A stretch of DNA of 61,499 nucleotides, filler included, from Piptocephalis cylindrospora (Eukaryota): NCBI GenBank assembly GCA_003614145.1. It is 3 parts of 3 records of this genome, joined end to end, with 100 filler letters (N's around TTAATTAATTAA, not from the genome) between each part and the next. Parts side by side here need not be neighbours in the genome. Positions count along the whole stretch, not along the records: positions 41,345 to 61,499 come from KZ987817.1; 2 more parts are not named here. One strand, given 5' to 3'. Positions 49,638 to 60,785 of the stretch are shown in pieces. Under the pieces are notes generated by a model. The model was not told the DNA's origin. It was given only the letters and a program-made list of their open reading frames with translations, and did not search any database. Each line of letters opens with the position of its first letter. Position 1 is the stretch's first letter. Made by a program: the position numbers and the translations under genes.

Positions 49638-49973
49638 ATGCAGAGGAGCACCGTATTGAGCGCTTTTGTCGCACTTCTTTCGGTCTTGACCACCATGACG
49701 AATGCCGCCCCCGTCTACTTTGTTCCCGACATTACCCCGCCTTACAAGCATATTGATCGTCCACAATCCTCCCCTGGATCAGACCCCTCGTTCCATTCTA
49801 TCGGATCAGATACAGCCAAGGCTCTCCACTCTGCCAGTAAAATCCAGTCTTCGGGAGCTGATCACAATGCCAAGTCGGTTCACGCTAAAAAGGGTCCTCC
49901 CAATGCCAAGAGCCGTTCGCACGATGTTAATGTTGCCATGAACGTCGCTATGGATTCTATCAAACCATTTTAA
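49638..49973 (+). CDS. Small secreted protein (111 aa), unknown function
   Basis: Signal peptide MQRSTVLSAFVALLSVLTTMTNA|AP; TATAAA at 49455-49460; pyrimidine-rich leader; intronless; no recognisable domain. Confidence 0.7.
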   Translation: MQRSTVLSAFVALLSVLTTMTNAAPVYFVPDITPPYKHIDRPQSSPGSDPSFHSIGSDTAKALHSASKIQSSGADHNAKSVHAKKGPPNAKSRSHDVNVAMNVAMDSIKPF

Positions 49974-50334
49974 TGAGGTCGCATGAGAAGGATACGATCT
50001 TGCATATAAGGAAGCTCTTGATCGTCTAATTCGCCGTTGGAAACCCGGCTCCCCATCCTCAACGGACCTTATTACCAGTGCTGCCACCCGAATACATGAT
50101 TTCTCTAGTTTATCACGAAATCTGTCTTGGTCCTTCTCCTCCCATCGCTATATTAATGAAACACAGAAAGAATATAGAAAGAAAGCAAAAAAAGAGCGAT
50201 TCATTGATCATTTTATCCTCTCACCCATCATTCTATCCACGTTACACTAAGCTAGCAATGTACTTGGATCTCATCACGAAAACGTCAAAGAAGAGGGTCT
50301 TCTCTATCTTTAGGTTTAACCGTACAGCACTATC

Positions 50335-51783
50335 CTAACGCAGGATCGGCTGAAGGGCGTCGATAAGTTCTCCATTATCCTGGTGGAGGTCCCAGAGCAT
50401 GATCCCGGCCAAATTTTGAGACTTGGCCCATTGTACCTTCTTACCAAGGCTAACGGGGTCATCATATGAAATAAAGCGCTTATCCTTGGGTCGATAGAGC
50501 CAAGGAGTCTCACTTTCCCTATCCTCAAATCGAAGCCATCCATCTGAAGGGTTGGTAGGACCAACCGACAAAGGCGCAGCGTCGCCCCCAGATCCGGTGG
50601 ATCCCCGCAGTAGCCTCCATTGCCAGATGCCACCAAAAGCACTAGGGGCCCCAGGGCAGGGATCGGCCCAAAGAGCGTCCTCTGGATCCCCTTGGGGTGT
50701 CACCGGAGAGTGAGGTGCCGACATGGAGGTGCCGGACGAAAGGTCCGAAGTGGCGGTAAGAGACCTTCCGTAGAAGGGCACACCTAGGGTGAGCTTAGAT
50801 GCAGGAATCCCAGCGCTGACCCAAGCTTGCACAGCGGACTCTCCGGAAAGAGGGCCATGTAGAGGCGCGTTTGGACCAGTGGTGGAGGACCAAATCCCGT
50901 TGATGTCGTAAGCCATAAGGTTTAGTCGGGTAAGGAGAGGCTCAAAGGCTGAAACATCACTCAAGGGACCAGCACCACCTCCACCGGAGGAATCAACCCC
51001 ATCAAATGGCTGAACCCGAACGGCCAAGGTTAATTCCATGTTCTGGGCTAGGGCCTTACGCAGCTCAGTGAGAAAGAGGAGGAAATTAGGGGTATCTTTC
51101 GCTCGATCCACTTGATTGCATACCATGCCCTCTCGACCCGGATATTCCCAGTCCACGTCAATTCCATCCAGGCGATAAGTGGAGAGGATCGAGAGGATGG
51201 ATTGGATGAGTCGGGAACGAGACTCGGCCAAGGCAACCAGGGAGGAGAAATACCGGGATCCAGTCCAGCCACCTAGAGAGAGGAGGATGCGGACGTTCGA
51301 AGCATGTGCAAGGCTAACAACTTGATTGAGTAATTCGGGTGTCTGAAGTTCAATCGATCCATCCTGCCGAGGAAGGGCAAAGGCGTAATTGATGTGGGTG
51401 AGCTTGCTGTAGGGGATGGCCGAGGGAGCAAGGTGGCCAGAGGTCCAGTCAGCGTAGTAGGCCACGATGACCCGAGAGGCCGCGGTCGCGTTTCCCGGGG
51501 TACCTCCAGCCTCCTGAGCCTCTTCATCAGAGGTATCTTTGTGCGAGGAGGGTGATGGAGATGAAGATGGTAACGAAAATGAAGAAGACGAAGACGGAGA
51601 TACCGTGGACATTGGAGAGAAGGTAGATGAGGACAAGGATAGCGTGGGTAAATCATCCTGGGGCTCAGCAACGGTACGATAATGTACGGTTAGCAGAACA
51701 AAGGCACAGAAAAGGAGACTAAAGGCACGATGAGGATAATGCACTGCATGGGTGGCGTAGGGACCAAGGGTATACCCTAGCAT
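50335..51783 (-). CDS. GH18 chitinase with N-terminal hydrophobic segment and Ser-rich linker, intronless
   Basis: VAYYADW; LTHINYAFA; LSLGGW; catalytic DGIDVDWEYPG; NLMAYD; LGVPFYG; ISYDDP; GIMLW. The start codon is uncertain (MLGYTLG at 51783). Confidence 0.96.
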   Translation of the reverse strand: MLGYTLGPYATHAVHYPHRAFSLLFCAFVLLTVHYRTVAEPQDDLPTLSLSSSTFSPMSTVSPSSSSSFSLPSSSPSPSSHKDTSDEEAQEAGGTPGNATAASRVIVAYYADWTSGHLAPSAIPYSKLTHINYAFALPRQDGSIELQTPELLNQVVSLAHASNVRILLSLGGWTGSRYFSSLVALAESRSRLIQSILSILSTYRLDGIDVDWEYPGREGMVCNQVDRAKDTPNFLLFLTELRKALAQNMELTLAVRVQPFDGVDSSGGGGAGPLSDVSAFEPLLTRLNLMAYDINGIWSSTTGPNAPLHGPLSGESAVQAWVSAGIPASKLTLGVPFYGRSLTATSDLSSGTSMSAPHSPVTPQGDPEDALWADPCPGAPSAFGGIWQWRLLRGSTGSGGDAAPLSVGPTNPSDGWLRFEDRESETPWLYRPKDKRFISYDDPVSLGKKVQWAKSQNLAGIMLWDLHQDNGELIDALQPILR

Positions 51784-52005
51784 GATGTGGATGAAACGAT
51801 GGGTGATGAAATGAATAATGTAACGACCGTAATAATAAAGAATGGACAAGGGAGATGATTTAAAGAATGAGAAAGAGGAAGTGAAGGGTGATAGGATAAG
51901 GGAAGAAGAGGAGGGATGGATAGGAATGAGAGAAAAGTGGGGTGGTATTTATACATTTTTCTCCTAGTAATGCGTGCATTCTATGTACCTTTTCTAGGCA
52001 GAGGG

Positions 52006-52026
52006 ACGCGACGCGACACGACGCGT
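52006..52026. promoter_or_regulatory. Tandem ACGCG (MCB-like) elements upstream of the chitinase
   Basis: ACGCG ACGCG ACACG ACGCGT lies ~220 nt upstream of the chitinase ATG; function is inferred. Confidence 0.5.
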
Positions 52027-52638
52027 GACCCTGTGCCTCCGCCAATCCCATGTCTCGCCGCTGGTGAATGACTAGGGCCGTTCTCTGGTCCAAGGAATGA
52101 AATTCCTTCTTTCTTCCCTTATAATCCAGGGCAAGTAATATAAGGCCCATCTCACCATTCCATAGCCTTGCTTAATATAGTCGTTTTTAACTGCTTCTTT
52201 GATATCTCCCCTACCTAAGTGAATACAATAAGTTCCCAAAGTCATTACTATTATTATTATTATGGGGCACATGTTGAGGACAATGTCCTCGGTACCATGT
52301 TTGCCGGCCTAGGCGGGTAATGCGTTCGGATATCCTGTATCCTGCTCCATGAGGGAGAATAAACCGGTTTTATCATGATCAGGATAAATATATGCTATGT
52401 CTCTACTATTGGGCAGAGATTAATACCTAGGCATAATTTTCGCCCTAAAGCCAGCATGCACGATATGAAATAAGAAGTATCCAGTGTCTACGGTAATAAT
52501 AAGCATGGCTGATGATCAAATGATTGTGCCTATAAAGGACTTTCTATCTTCGAGTCGTCCATTTCAAATAATTTTAATCAAAGAAATAATGCTAGTGGCT
52601 CTTACTCACCAGCGCTAAGCACCCTTAGTACACCCATA

Positions 52639-53886
52639 TTACTGATGGGTAGGGCGATGAATGCCAGCACGTGCGTACTGGTTTGCAAGGGCGATGCGGA
52701 CACCAAGCTTAGAGGCTGCCTCAATGGCCCATCCGGGGTTTCGAAGGAGCTCACGGGCAACGAAGACGAGGTCGGACTTGCCTGAACTAATGATCTCATT
52801 GGCTTGGATGGGATCGTTGATGAAGCCAACGGCGCCGGTGGGAACCCCAGCTTCCCGATGGATACGCTCAGCCAAGGGAATTTGAAAGTCCATCCGGTCC
52901 GTGGGGAAAACTTGCCGCTCGGAGATACCTCCAGAACTGCAATCAATGAGGTCGACTCCCTCAGAAACCATGAGCTTGGAAAATTTGATGCTCTCCTCAA
53001 TGTCCCAGGATGGCTCGTCCTTAACCCACTCGGTGACGCTGATACGAACAATGAGAGGTTTGTCGCCCCAAACAGCCCGAACAGCCCGAACAATCTCGAC
53101 GTGAAGTCGAGACCGATTTTCAAAGCTCCCACCAAATTGATCAGTTCTGTGATTGGAGATAGGGGAGAGGAAGGTACTGGCAAGATACCCATGGGCAAAA
53201 TGTAACTCAATGACATCGGCTCCAGCGAGGTCGACCCTCTTAGCAGCATCGGCAAAGTCCTGAACAGTCTGGCGGATCTGGTCTACGGTCATCTCATGGG
53301 GCATGTTGTGGTTTGCATTGTAGGGAAGGGCCGAGGCTCCCAGGACTTCCCAGCCCTCGGGATCATCAGAGGGCGTGGCCTTTCGGTCGCCATCACCCAG
53401 CCATGGAGCCTTAGTGGAGGCCTTGCGCCCAGCATGGGCCAGCTGCACGGAAATGGGGGTATGAGTTCGGTGGGAAAAATCAACGATGCGCTTGAGGCCA
53501 GCGATGTGCTCATCGGACCAGATTCCGGCATCATGGAAGGAGATACGGCCTTCAGGAGCCACGGCAGTGGCCTCGGTGGTAATCAGGCCCACCCCGTGCA
53601 AAGCCATGGAACCAATGTGGACGAGATGAAAGTCATTAAAGAACCCATTTGAAGAGGAGTACATGCACATAGGGGAGACAGCAATGCGATTCTTCAGAGT
53701 AAGGTTGCGAAGCTTATAAGGGTGAAAGAGCGCCGGGATATCCTTACTGGGCTCAGCAAGTTCGGTGTAAGATTGATCCTTAAGCGGAGCTCCGATCGGC
53801 AATTGCTCCTTGTGATAGAATTGCTCGCTTTTCCTAGCCTCAGCGGCCGTGATTTCACGGGAAAGCGGGATATAGGATGAAGACAT
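52639..53886 (-). CDS. NADH:flavin oxidoreductase / Old Yellow Enzyme, YqjM (thermophilic-like) class, intronless
   Basis: LKNRIAVSPMCMYS; EATAVAPEGRIS; QLAHAGRKAS; ELHFAHGYL..FLSP..NHRTDQFGGSFENR; DCSSGG; ARELLRNP; C-terminal QYAR. Start at MSSSYIPL. Confidence 0.95.
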   Translation of the reverse strand: MSSSYIPLSREITAAEARKSEQFYHKEQLPIGAPLKDQSYTELAEPSKDIPALFHPYKLRNLTLKNRIAVSPMCMYSSSNGFFNDFHLVHIGSMALHGVGLITTEATAVAPEGRISFHDAGIWSDEHIAGLKRIVDFSHRTHTPISVQLAHAGRKASTKAPWLGDGDRKATPSDDPEGWEVLGASALPYNANHNMPHEMTVDQIRQTVQDFADAAKRVDLAGADVIELHFAHGYLASTFLSPISNHRTDQFGGSFENRSRLHVEIVRAVRAVWGDKPLIVRISVTEWVKDEPSWDIEESIKFSKLMVSEGVDLIDCSSGGISERQVFPTDRMDFQIPLAERIHREAGVPTGAVGFINDPIQANEIISSGKSDLVFVARELLRNPGWAIEAASKLGVRIALANQYARAGIHRPTHQ

Positions 53887-54169
53887 GGCTATGACGATCG
53901 AGATACTGTCGGAAGGCACTGGTGAAGAGAGGGAGGCAAGTGGGGAATAAGTAGGTTAAAGCGCTTGATGATGGGTGGGTGCTGGAGTGCAATATTGGTT
54001 GGCTTCCAATGCCCCATTCTTTTATAGCAAATTATATTTTTCCCTTCCCCCCCCTTGCTGACTAAGGAGAGAGGGAGGGGAAGAGGAGAGAAAATGGCAT
54101 CATTACAAAGTGAACACTAAGGGGGCGTGTGATGGGTGCGGAAGTCTTGGGTCTTTCCTGAAGTTTAGC

Positions 54170-54177
54170 TTACGTAA
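54170..54177. promoter_or_regulatory. Palindromic bZIP-type site TTACGTAA upstream of the OYE gene
   Basis: Perfect palindrome ~285 nt upstream of the OYE ATG; function is inferred. Confidence 0.4.
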
Positions 54178-55056
54178 CACATCCTGTCCTTCAATCTGTC
54201 TCACACATGGTATTCGTGTCACATACCTTGCTTAGGTGGCCATGATTCATACTCCCTTTAAATGTGCAGATTGCACATTCTCAGGGTTTATCTAAACTCC
54301 ATCCCTTTATCCTGATAAGATGTAAAAAAAAGTTGGTGTATATGTTTAAAGCGGATGATGAATAAGCATATCGGAAGATAAGATACTTGCCCTTTCCTCT
54401 ATATAAAATCCAGTTGACTGTACAGGCGGCATTTCTCAACTGCGACGTGATTGTCTAACAAGCTGACTGATTTTCTTTTGGCCCCATCATTGCCATTGAG
54501 TTATTATCTTCATTTCCGGATCCCTTGCAGGCACACCTATACATATACAAGTGCATAAGCGGTAATGAATGTAACCGTAAGGACCAGTCGGTCCAATCCT
54601 GCTGTGAATTGTAAAGCCTTCACTCTATGGTATAAATGAGTGGTGCTCTTCCACAATGATGCTAAGAACTAGTATATACCCTCCAGGTAGGGTAAGAAAG
54701 GGTGTCCGAACATCGTAGTCGCTCAAATACCAGTATTCGCGGCACCAGCAATTTTTTTTCCCGACGTGTACTCTATAGAGAGAATCCGGGAGATGCTACA
54801 GACACCTACCTCTCATCCTCATTTAAAGGAGCTTCCGTCACCACTACAGGGTCTCAGGGACAGATCCAAGAAGTTTAGGATGCCTTTAGCATATCATCTT
54901 TCAGCGATAGCATGATCACTCACATCTCAAGGCTTTTATTCCTTTCCCAACCATCATTCATGACTTCCACCTGTGCAGGCTCAGGAATAATCACACTCCA
55001 CTTTTTTCTTGGCCCATTTTTGTTTCTTTTCCATTTACTGCTTTCACCTGCCTTAC

Positions 55057-55764
55057 CGTATCGTCTCATAATTCGCTGTTTACTACTATTTTTTTTACTA
55101 CTACTACGTATCGTCTCATACAAGTTACCCATCATTTGGACATACACTCCCCAAATCTGTGTTCGGATGCCCATCTGCCTACCCTACTGGGGAAAATAAA
55201 ATGGTTTTATCATCATCAACATACACTCCCCAAACCATCGTCCTTGCCACCTTATATATTCTCACGCTCATCCTCCAATCCCCTCCATCGTCTCCTCAAC
55301 GGCTTTCTCACGTTGCCGATCTCTTTATACGGCTTTCTACATCATCACATGGCCTCCATACCCTCTCAATTGCACTTACTACTCTTATCACCATATCAGT
55401 GCCCTTATTTCCATCCCCTCTCCATCTCTTCTTTTCCTCACCTCCCTTTGAACACACTGGAAGGTGATTCATCCTCTTTTTCTATCCTTATTATCTAAGC
55501 AACGGATAATCGTAATGCCAAAATGCATATCTGGGCGGGTATAAGAAGATATTGATAACGAACCCTGAGGCCTTCCTGGTGGCGGATATCTCTTCGGGTG
55601 ATGGTGGGCAGGGCGCTTCTGTAGTATCCGGGTATTTAATATGTTGGGTGCACGTCGGGAGTATGCTCCTGGTACCACGCAGGCCAGTCCCTATGGGCGG
55701 CGATGCGTTCAAATGCCCTCATATTCACCCCATCGGGAAAATAAAATGGCTTTATTGTCATCAA
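55057..55764. repeat. Cluster of nested direct repeats (14-bp x2, 16-bp x2, ~58-bp diverged x2)
   Basis: cgtatcgtctcata at 55057 and 55107; acatacactccccaaa at 55140 and 55219; gttc..atgccc..gggaaaataaaatgg.tttat..tcatcaa at 55161-55219 and 55707-55764. Confidence 0.8.
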
Positions 55765-56089
55765 TAGCTTCACGTTCTTCTTTCCCACCAAGTGTTACAT
55801 GCCAAAATTGTCAAGTCAGGCACAAGTGACCTCAGGAGAGTATAATAAAAGAAATTATTTAGCTATTTACTCGAGGTTCCATTGGGGCAGCACATCTAAC
55901 GATAAAGGCAAGCGACATCAAGGGTACAAAGTATTGCTAAGTTGAAGTAAAAAAAAAATTAAATGATCCCATCTGTTTGTGCTGGCGCCAACCCCGCGCA
56001 CAGATGTATACAGCCTTGTTGGGTTTTGCAAGGCTCCTTTGCTCTCTCCTTATTCAAGCTTGACTTACTTTGTCTCCAATACCAACACC

Positions 56090-58129
56090 ATGTCCTTGAC
56101 GAACGTCTTGAAACCCCCAGTCCATCAGGCCTTGAAGCAGCTGGATCGCACGCTTTTTCACCGGTCCTTGCCCGTCGTGGCGGCTCGGGTACCAACCAAG
56201 TCATTGGGAATCCTCTTGAAGAGCCTATCCAAGTAAGTACACACTCTCATCTCTTGGCTTACTCATCACTGTACCTTACTGAACGGATTATTTAGGGATT
56301 TACTAAACATCCCGCGGATGCGCAACATTGCTGAAGATGGGGACTCCAAAACCACTCGGCTCCTTCTTTTTCGTCGAGACATCCATGCAGCTAGTAAGTG
56401 CGTCTTGCTTGAGCTGGACAAGGTCGCGAGGCAAGCCCTTGTAGGTACTGGGAGGATATACCATCTCTCACGCCTTACTCTGCCCAATAGACGAGCTAAG
56501 CGAAGGGGTTCAAGAAAGCATCAAGGCAGTGGGAGGCCAGTACCTTTCTCATACGGTTAATCTGGATTATCCTTTTTGGTCAGCAGGTAAACGGTGTAGC
56601 CGGAAGACTCGCTCTTTATCAGTATTTCCGAGGAAAGACAGCCTCATCCTAATAATACCTCATTGTCATCCTTTTCTGTACAGAGGACATTCTTCGATCC
56701 ATTCTACCCGAGGAAGTGGAAGTTCCGACCTCCTTTGAGACCATTGGTCATATAGGTAAGTGACATGAAGGTCAATTGATACAAATGGTAATCGCATCTT
56801 CTCTTACCCGCTGTCCCTTCTCTTACCCCCTCTCCCTAGCTCACATGAACCTTCGAGATGAACATTACCCTTACAAAAGTATCATTGGCCAAGTCATTTT
56901 GGATGTAAGATGCTCAATGATGGACAATCTGAGAGGAAAGGACTCCTCATTGTAACCCCCTAATTAATAATCTTATTTGGTCTAATTGAACGATTAAAGA
57001 AAAATGTTCGTATCCGCACGGTGGTCAACAAAACTGATAACATTGACACAACCTTTCGCTTCTTCAAGATGGAGGTACTGGCTGGGGATGATGACATGAT
57101 TGCCGAGGTGGTAAGTAAAATTATATGCTTTTTTTCGTCTAGCGGCTAACCTTCACATTCCCCTCTCTACAATCAGAAAGAAAGTGGATGTCGGTTCCGG
57201 ATGGACTTTTCCAGCGTGTATTGGAATTCTCGATTGCACACGGAGCATGATCGAATGGTCAAGCAGTTTGAAGCTGGTCACCGGATTTGTGATGTCTTTG
57301 CAGGGATCGGGCCATTTGCCATCCCGGCTGCCCGAAAGGGCTGCATTGTTCATGCTAATGATCTAAACCCAATGTCTTACAAGTACCTCAAAGAGAATAC
57401 TGATCTAAATAAGGTACCTAAGAATCGTCTAGTCCCGTATAACCTGGATGGTCGCGAGTTCATCCGTAAGGCCTTCCTCGATGCTACGCCGGATGCCTCA
57501 AATAGGATTACTTTTGACCATGTGGTAATGAACCTCCCTGCCATCGCCACTGAATTTCTTGGTAAGTCTTATCTAGTTCTCTCAAGTGCACCCCCTTATC
57601 CATGATTAGATTCTTAACCCTCCCTTCGGACGCATAGATGCTTTCAATGGTCTACTCAAAGATCAGTCCCCCCTTCCCATGGACTCCCCCATGCCATGGG
57701 TACACTGTCATTGCTTTGCCAAGCGGCAGGAAGATGGCCCCCTGGGCGATGTTACCGAGGTACGAGGGATAAATCGGTGCATTGTGGAGGCCTTTTCAGG
57801 GCAGTAGGTCCAATGGGCCCCATACTCATATCCCATCATACCCCCAGAGGATTTCCACTAGCTTGGGTCATCCCATAACCCAAAAGGACATCAATCTTCA
57901 CTACGTTCGCAGTGTTGCTCCCAATAAGGATATGTACTGCGCTTCATTTCGCCTTACCCGGGAAATACTTTATCATGGATCCATGTAAGGGCTCTCCTTA
58001 TCTCCAAGATATGGACATGTCTTCACTCACAATCATCCATACTATAGACCGTTAGAGGGAGCAGGAAAACGCAAGGAAACCAATCAAGGAGAGGAAAACC
58101 ATGTGGCCAAGCAGCTTAAACTTGAATAG
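56090..58129 (+). CDS. TRM5: tRNA (guanine-37-N1)-methyltransferase, ~10 exons
   Basis: [118 protein letters not shown]. Confidence 0.96.
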
Positions 58130-58321
58130 TGGACTCTGGTCACTCCGACAATAAAAAATCCCTTGACTTTACTCTGTCATTCAACTGCATTGCACGTTCC
58201 CATCCCATACCCACCATACTTCTACCCATCCTTCTCATCTCATTTCTTACCTCCCATCCCGTCCAGCACAAACATTCCACCAATCCATCACGTTCACACA
58301 CGCATATCATAACGTTGCTAT

Positions 58322-60116
58322 CTAGGCTTCCGCCTCGCTGGCTTCCTCATTCACAGGCACCTCCGACGAGGGAAGGCGGTAGAGGCGGATGACCTGCCTG
58401 TTGGGATCCTTGACAAGGATGTACTTGCCATCGTCGAGCTGGAGACACAAGTCGACGATGGTCTTAGCAACACCCCAGCCATTGGAGACGGATAGGTTCA
58501 TCTGGGTGGCAAGATCACGAGGCTTAAAGGTCTGCATACCGAGGATGGTATGCTTGGAGGCATCAGAGGGAGAGACACGGGAGACATAGCCAAATTTGAG
58601 TTGATCAGCTCCAGAGAGGATACCCTGGATGGCCCACCGGGCAAACTTCACACCGTTGTTCTTAAACTCAGTAGCCAGAACGGCACCACGCTGGCCATCC
58701 AGTTTACTGCGCCAATCCAGGGCATTGCCGGAGCCAACCGCCTTGGGGTCGAATTCATTAAGGGCCTTGACGATGACGTAGGCAGTATTACCGGAGGAGG
58801 TACGGGAGATGGCATCAATCTCAGCACGCACAATGAGTTGGCAATCTTCCTCCTCGCCGTTGGCGAGGTCAAAGGACCGATAGCGGTAGCCGACGGAGGC
58901 GACAGGAATGTCAGCGTCCTGTTCAGAGTAAAAGGGGTGAGGGTGCTCGAGATCGAGGGCTCCACCATCCTCCCCAGTTTCCTTGAGAACTTGGGTGGCG
59001 AGGAACTCATTGATGGCCGTTGCCTCGGATGAAAGGCCATTGACAGCATTGAGACTATCACCGTCAGCGGGGGCATCATGGGCGTTCTCGTTGACGTGAA
59101 CGGCGTCGAAAATCCCTTGGTCATCGCGTTTGTCGAGGAAGAGTTTGCCATTCTCGCGGGTAATAACAATGTCCCAGGGATAGACAGAGCGACTGGAGGA
59201 CATAAGAACGGAGAGGATGGAATCAGTGACAAAGACCTTGCCCTTGCCCTCCTTGGCCAAGCCCTGGATGATGGGATCCTCGGAGGTGGTGACATTGTAC
59301 CTGGCGCGATCCCTGCGCTGCAGAGGCCTCTCAAGACGAGTGGTGACCCGGTCAAAAGTACGATCGTAGGGGAGGAGACGACCGTGGGTGGAAATGTCTT
59401 CACCTTCCGCAACATCGAAAGCCAGCTTGTTCAGGCGGCTATACTCGATCTCCTCCAGGAGATCCCAATCGACGCCCACCTTAATGGAGGGGTTACGGGT
59501 CCGCTGTTGCCGATCCCTCCAGCCTCCACGACCACCGCCCCCACGGCCACCGTAGTGCCCGCCACCGCGGGCACTCTGACTAGGTGCTCCACCGGCCGTC
59601 TTTTGGTTGGACCCACCGCCCAATCTCTGGAATCCGCCACGACCACCACCGCGACCACCACGTCCCTAACAATCAGGAAAGGATAGAGATGGAGAAGTCA
59701 GTAGGATTACCAGGAGCAGGAAGGAAAAAACCAAAGAGATCACCACGACTTACCCGAGTACCCGAGGCATGAGTCCTCCGGACAGGGGCAGAGCGATCGA
59801 CGACGGAAAAGGAGGATTCATCCTCCTCAGGCTGATAAAGAAAGGTACTAGAAGCGCCAGATCCGTAAGCCTGAGGGGCATCCCGGTGACGGTTTTGACG
59901 ACCGCGGTTACCGCCGCGCTGGTTATCCTCACGGTTCTCGGGCTGAGTCCAGTCGGCGACGCGGCCAAGCTTGTCAGATTTACTGAAGGGTGCGTAGGGA
60001 ACGCCCTGGAATTGGGTGGGGAGGAGGGAGGCTGCTGGACCCCAGCCATCAGTGTGATCGTTCACCTGAGGAAGCTGGAAACGAGGCTTATCCTGCTGGG
60101 AATCTGAAGAGGGCAT
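58322..60116 (-). CDS. EIF3D: Eukaryotic translation initiation factor 3 subunit D, 2 exons
   Basis: DGWGP..VPYAPFSKSDKLGRVADW; EEDESSFSVVD; RGG-rich linker; NVTTSEDPII; RSVYPWDIV; KLFLDKR; ALNEFD..LDWRSKLDGQRGAVLATEFKNN; YILVKDPN. Confidence 0.97.
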
Positions 60117-60544
60117 ACTGTCAGAATGTAGGAGGGGGAAAGAGGTGAAAGGAGAAAAAAGAGAGGGCGGAAGTGGTGGAGCGGTGTCCAGATGGCAAGG
60201 GAGTGGCGAGCACAGCTATAGATGGTAAGGTGTGGGCAGAGGGGTTTCGATAGGAGCACCTATCTCTCCCCCTCTCAAGTGAGAAAGAACCCAGAGCTTC
60301 AAAGGACAGAAAAAAACACCTCCCAAGTCCCACAATTGGGCGGGGAAAAATGATGATATTTTCGAGGAATTAAGATGAGTTTTATGGATGGTATGGCCGT
60401 GAAGTAGTGGAAACAAGCATTGTTCTCAAGCTCTAATATTATGAAGACAATATAAACCACATAGCACCCTTAAACAGCGCACGGCATCAAAAATCGAAAA
60501 ATACTGGTTGTTTTGAGTAAGATTACCAAAAATATTTAAAATAT

Positions 60545-60626
60545 GACAAGATGGCCGAGTGGTTAAGGCGTGTGACTAGAAATCACATGGGTTCATCCCG
60601 CGTAGGTTCAAATCCTGCTCTTGTCG
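60545..60626 (+). tRNA. tRNA-Ser (anticodon AGA), intronless, long variable arm
   Basis: Acceptor GACAAGA/TCTTGTC; TGGCCGAGTGGTTAAGGC D arm; TGTGA-CTAGAAA-TCACA anticodon arm; GGG-TTCAT-CCC variable arm; GTAGG-TTCAAAT-CCTGC T arm. Confidence 0.96.
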
Positions 60627-60785
60627 ATATATATTTTGCTTTTGCTTGCTAAATGATTCAAGCAAGCGGCAAGGGAAAGTAAATGGGCATTCAGGCAGCA
60701 AGGCAAAGATCGGCAAAACAAGGATTTATATAACGACGTCCATCACCCCAACCATCCACACAGATAGATCAATGCACGAGATCCC

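Noticed and set aside
52639..53886. Recent bacterial HGT origin of the intronless YqjM-type OYE
   Set aside because: It has an N-terminal extension (FYHKEQLPIGAPL) resembling fungal members of this class, and several native genes here are also intronless. HGT cannot be claimed without a tree.
55886..55905. U6-like GGCAGCACAT
   Set aside because: No ACAGAGA box or downstream U6 core.
56090..60626. TRM5 + eIF3d + tRNA-Ser as a translation cluster
   Set aside because: No mechanistic link; this tRNA-Ser has A37 and so is not an m1G37 substrate. Likely chance adjacency.
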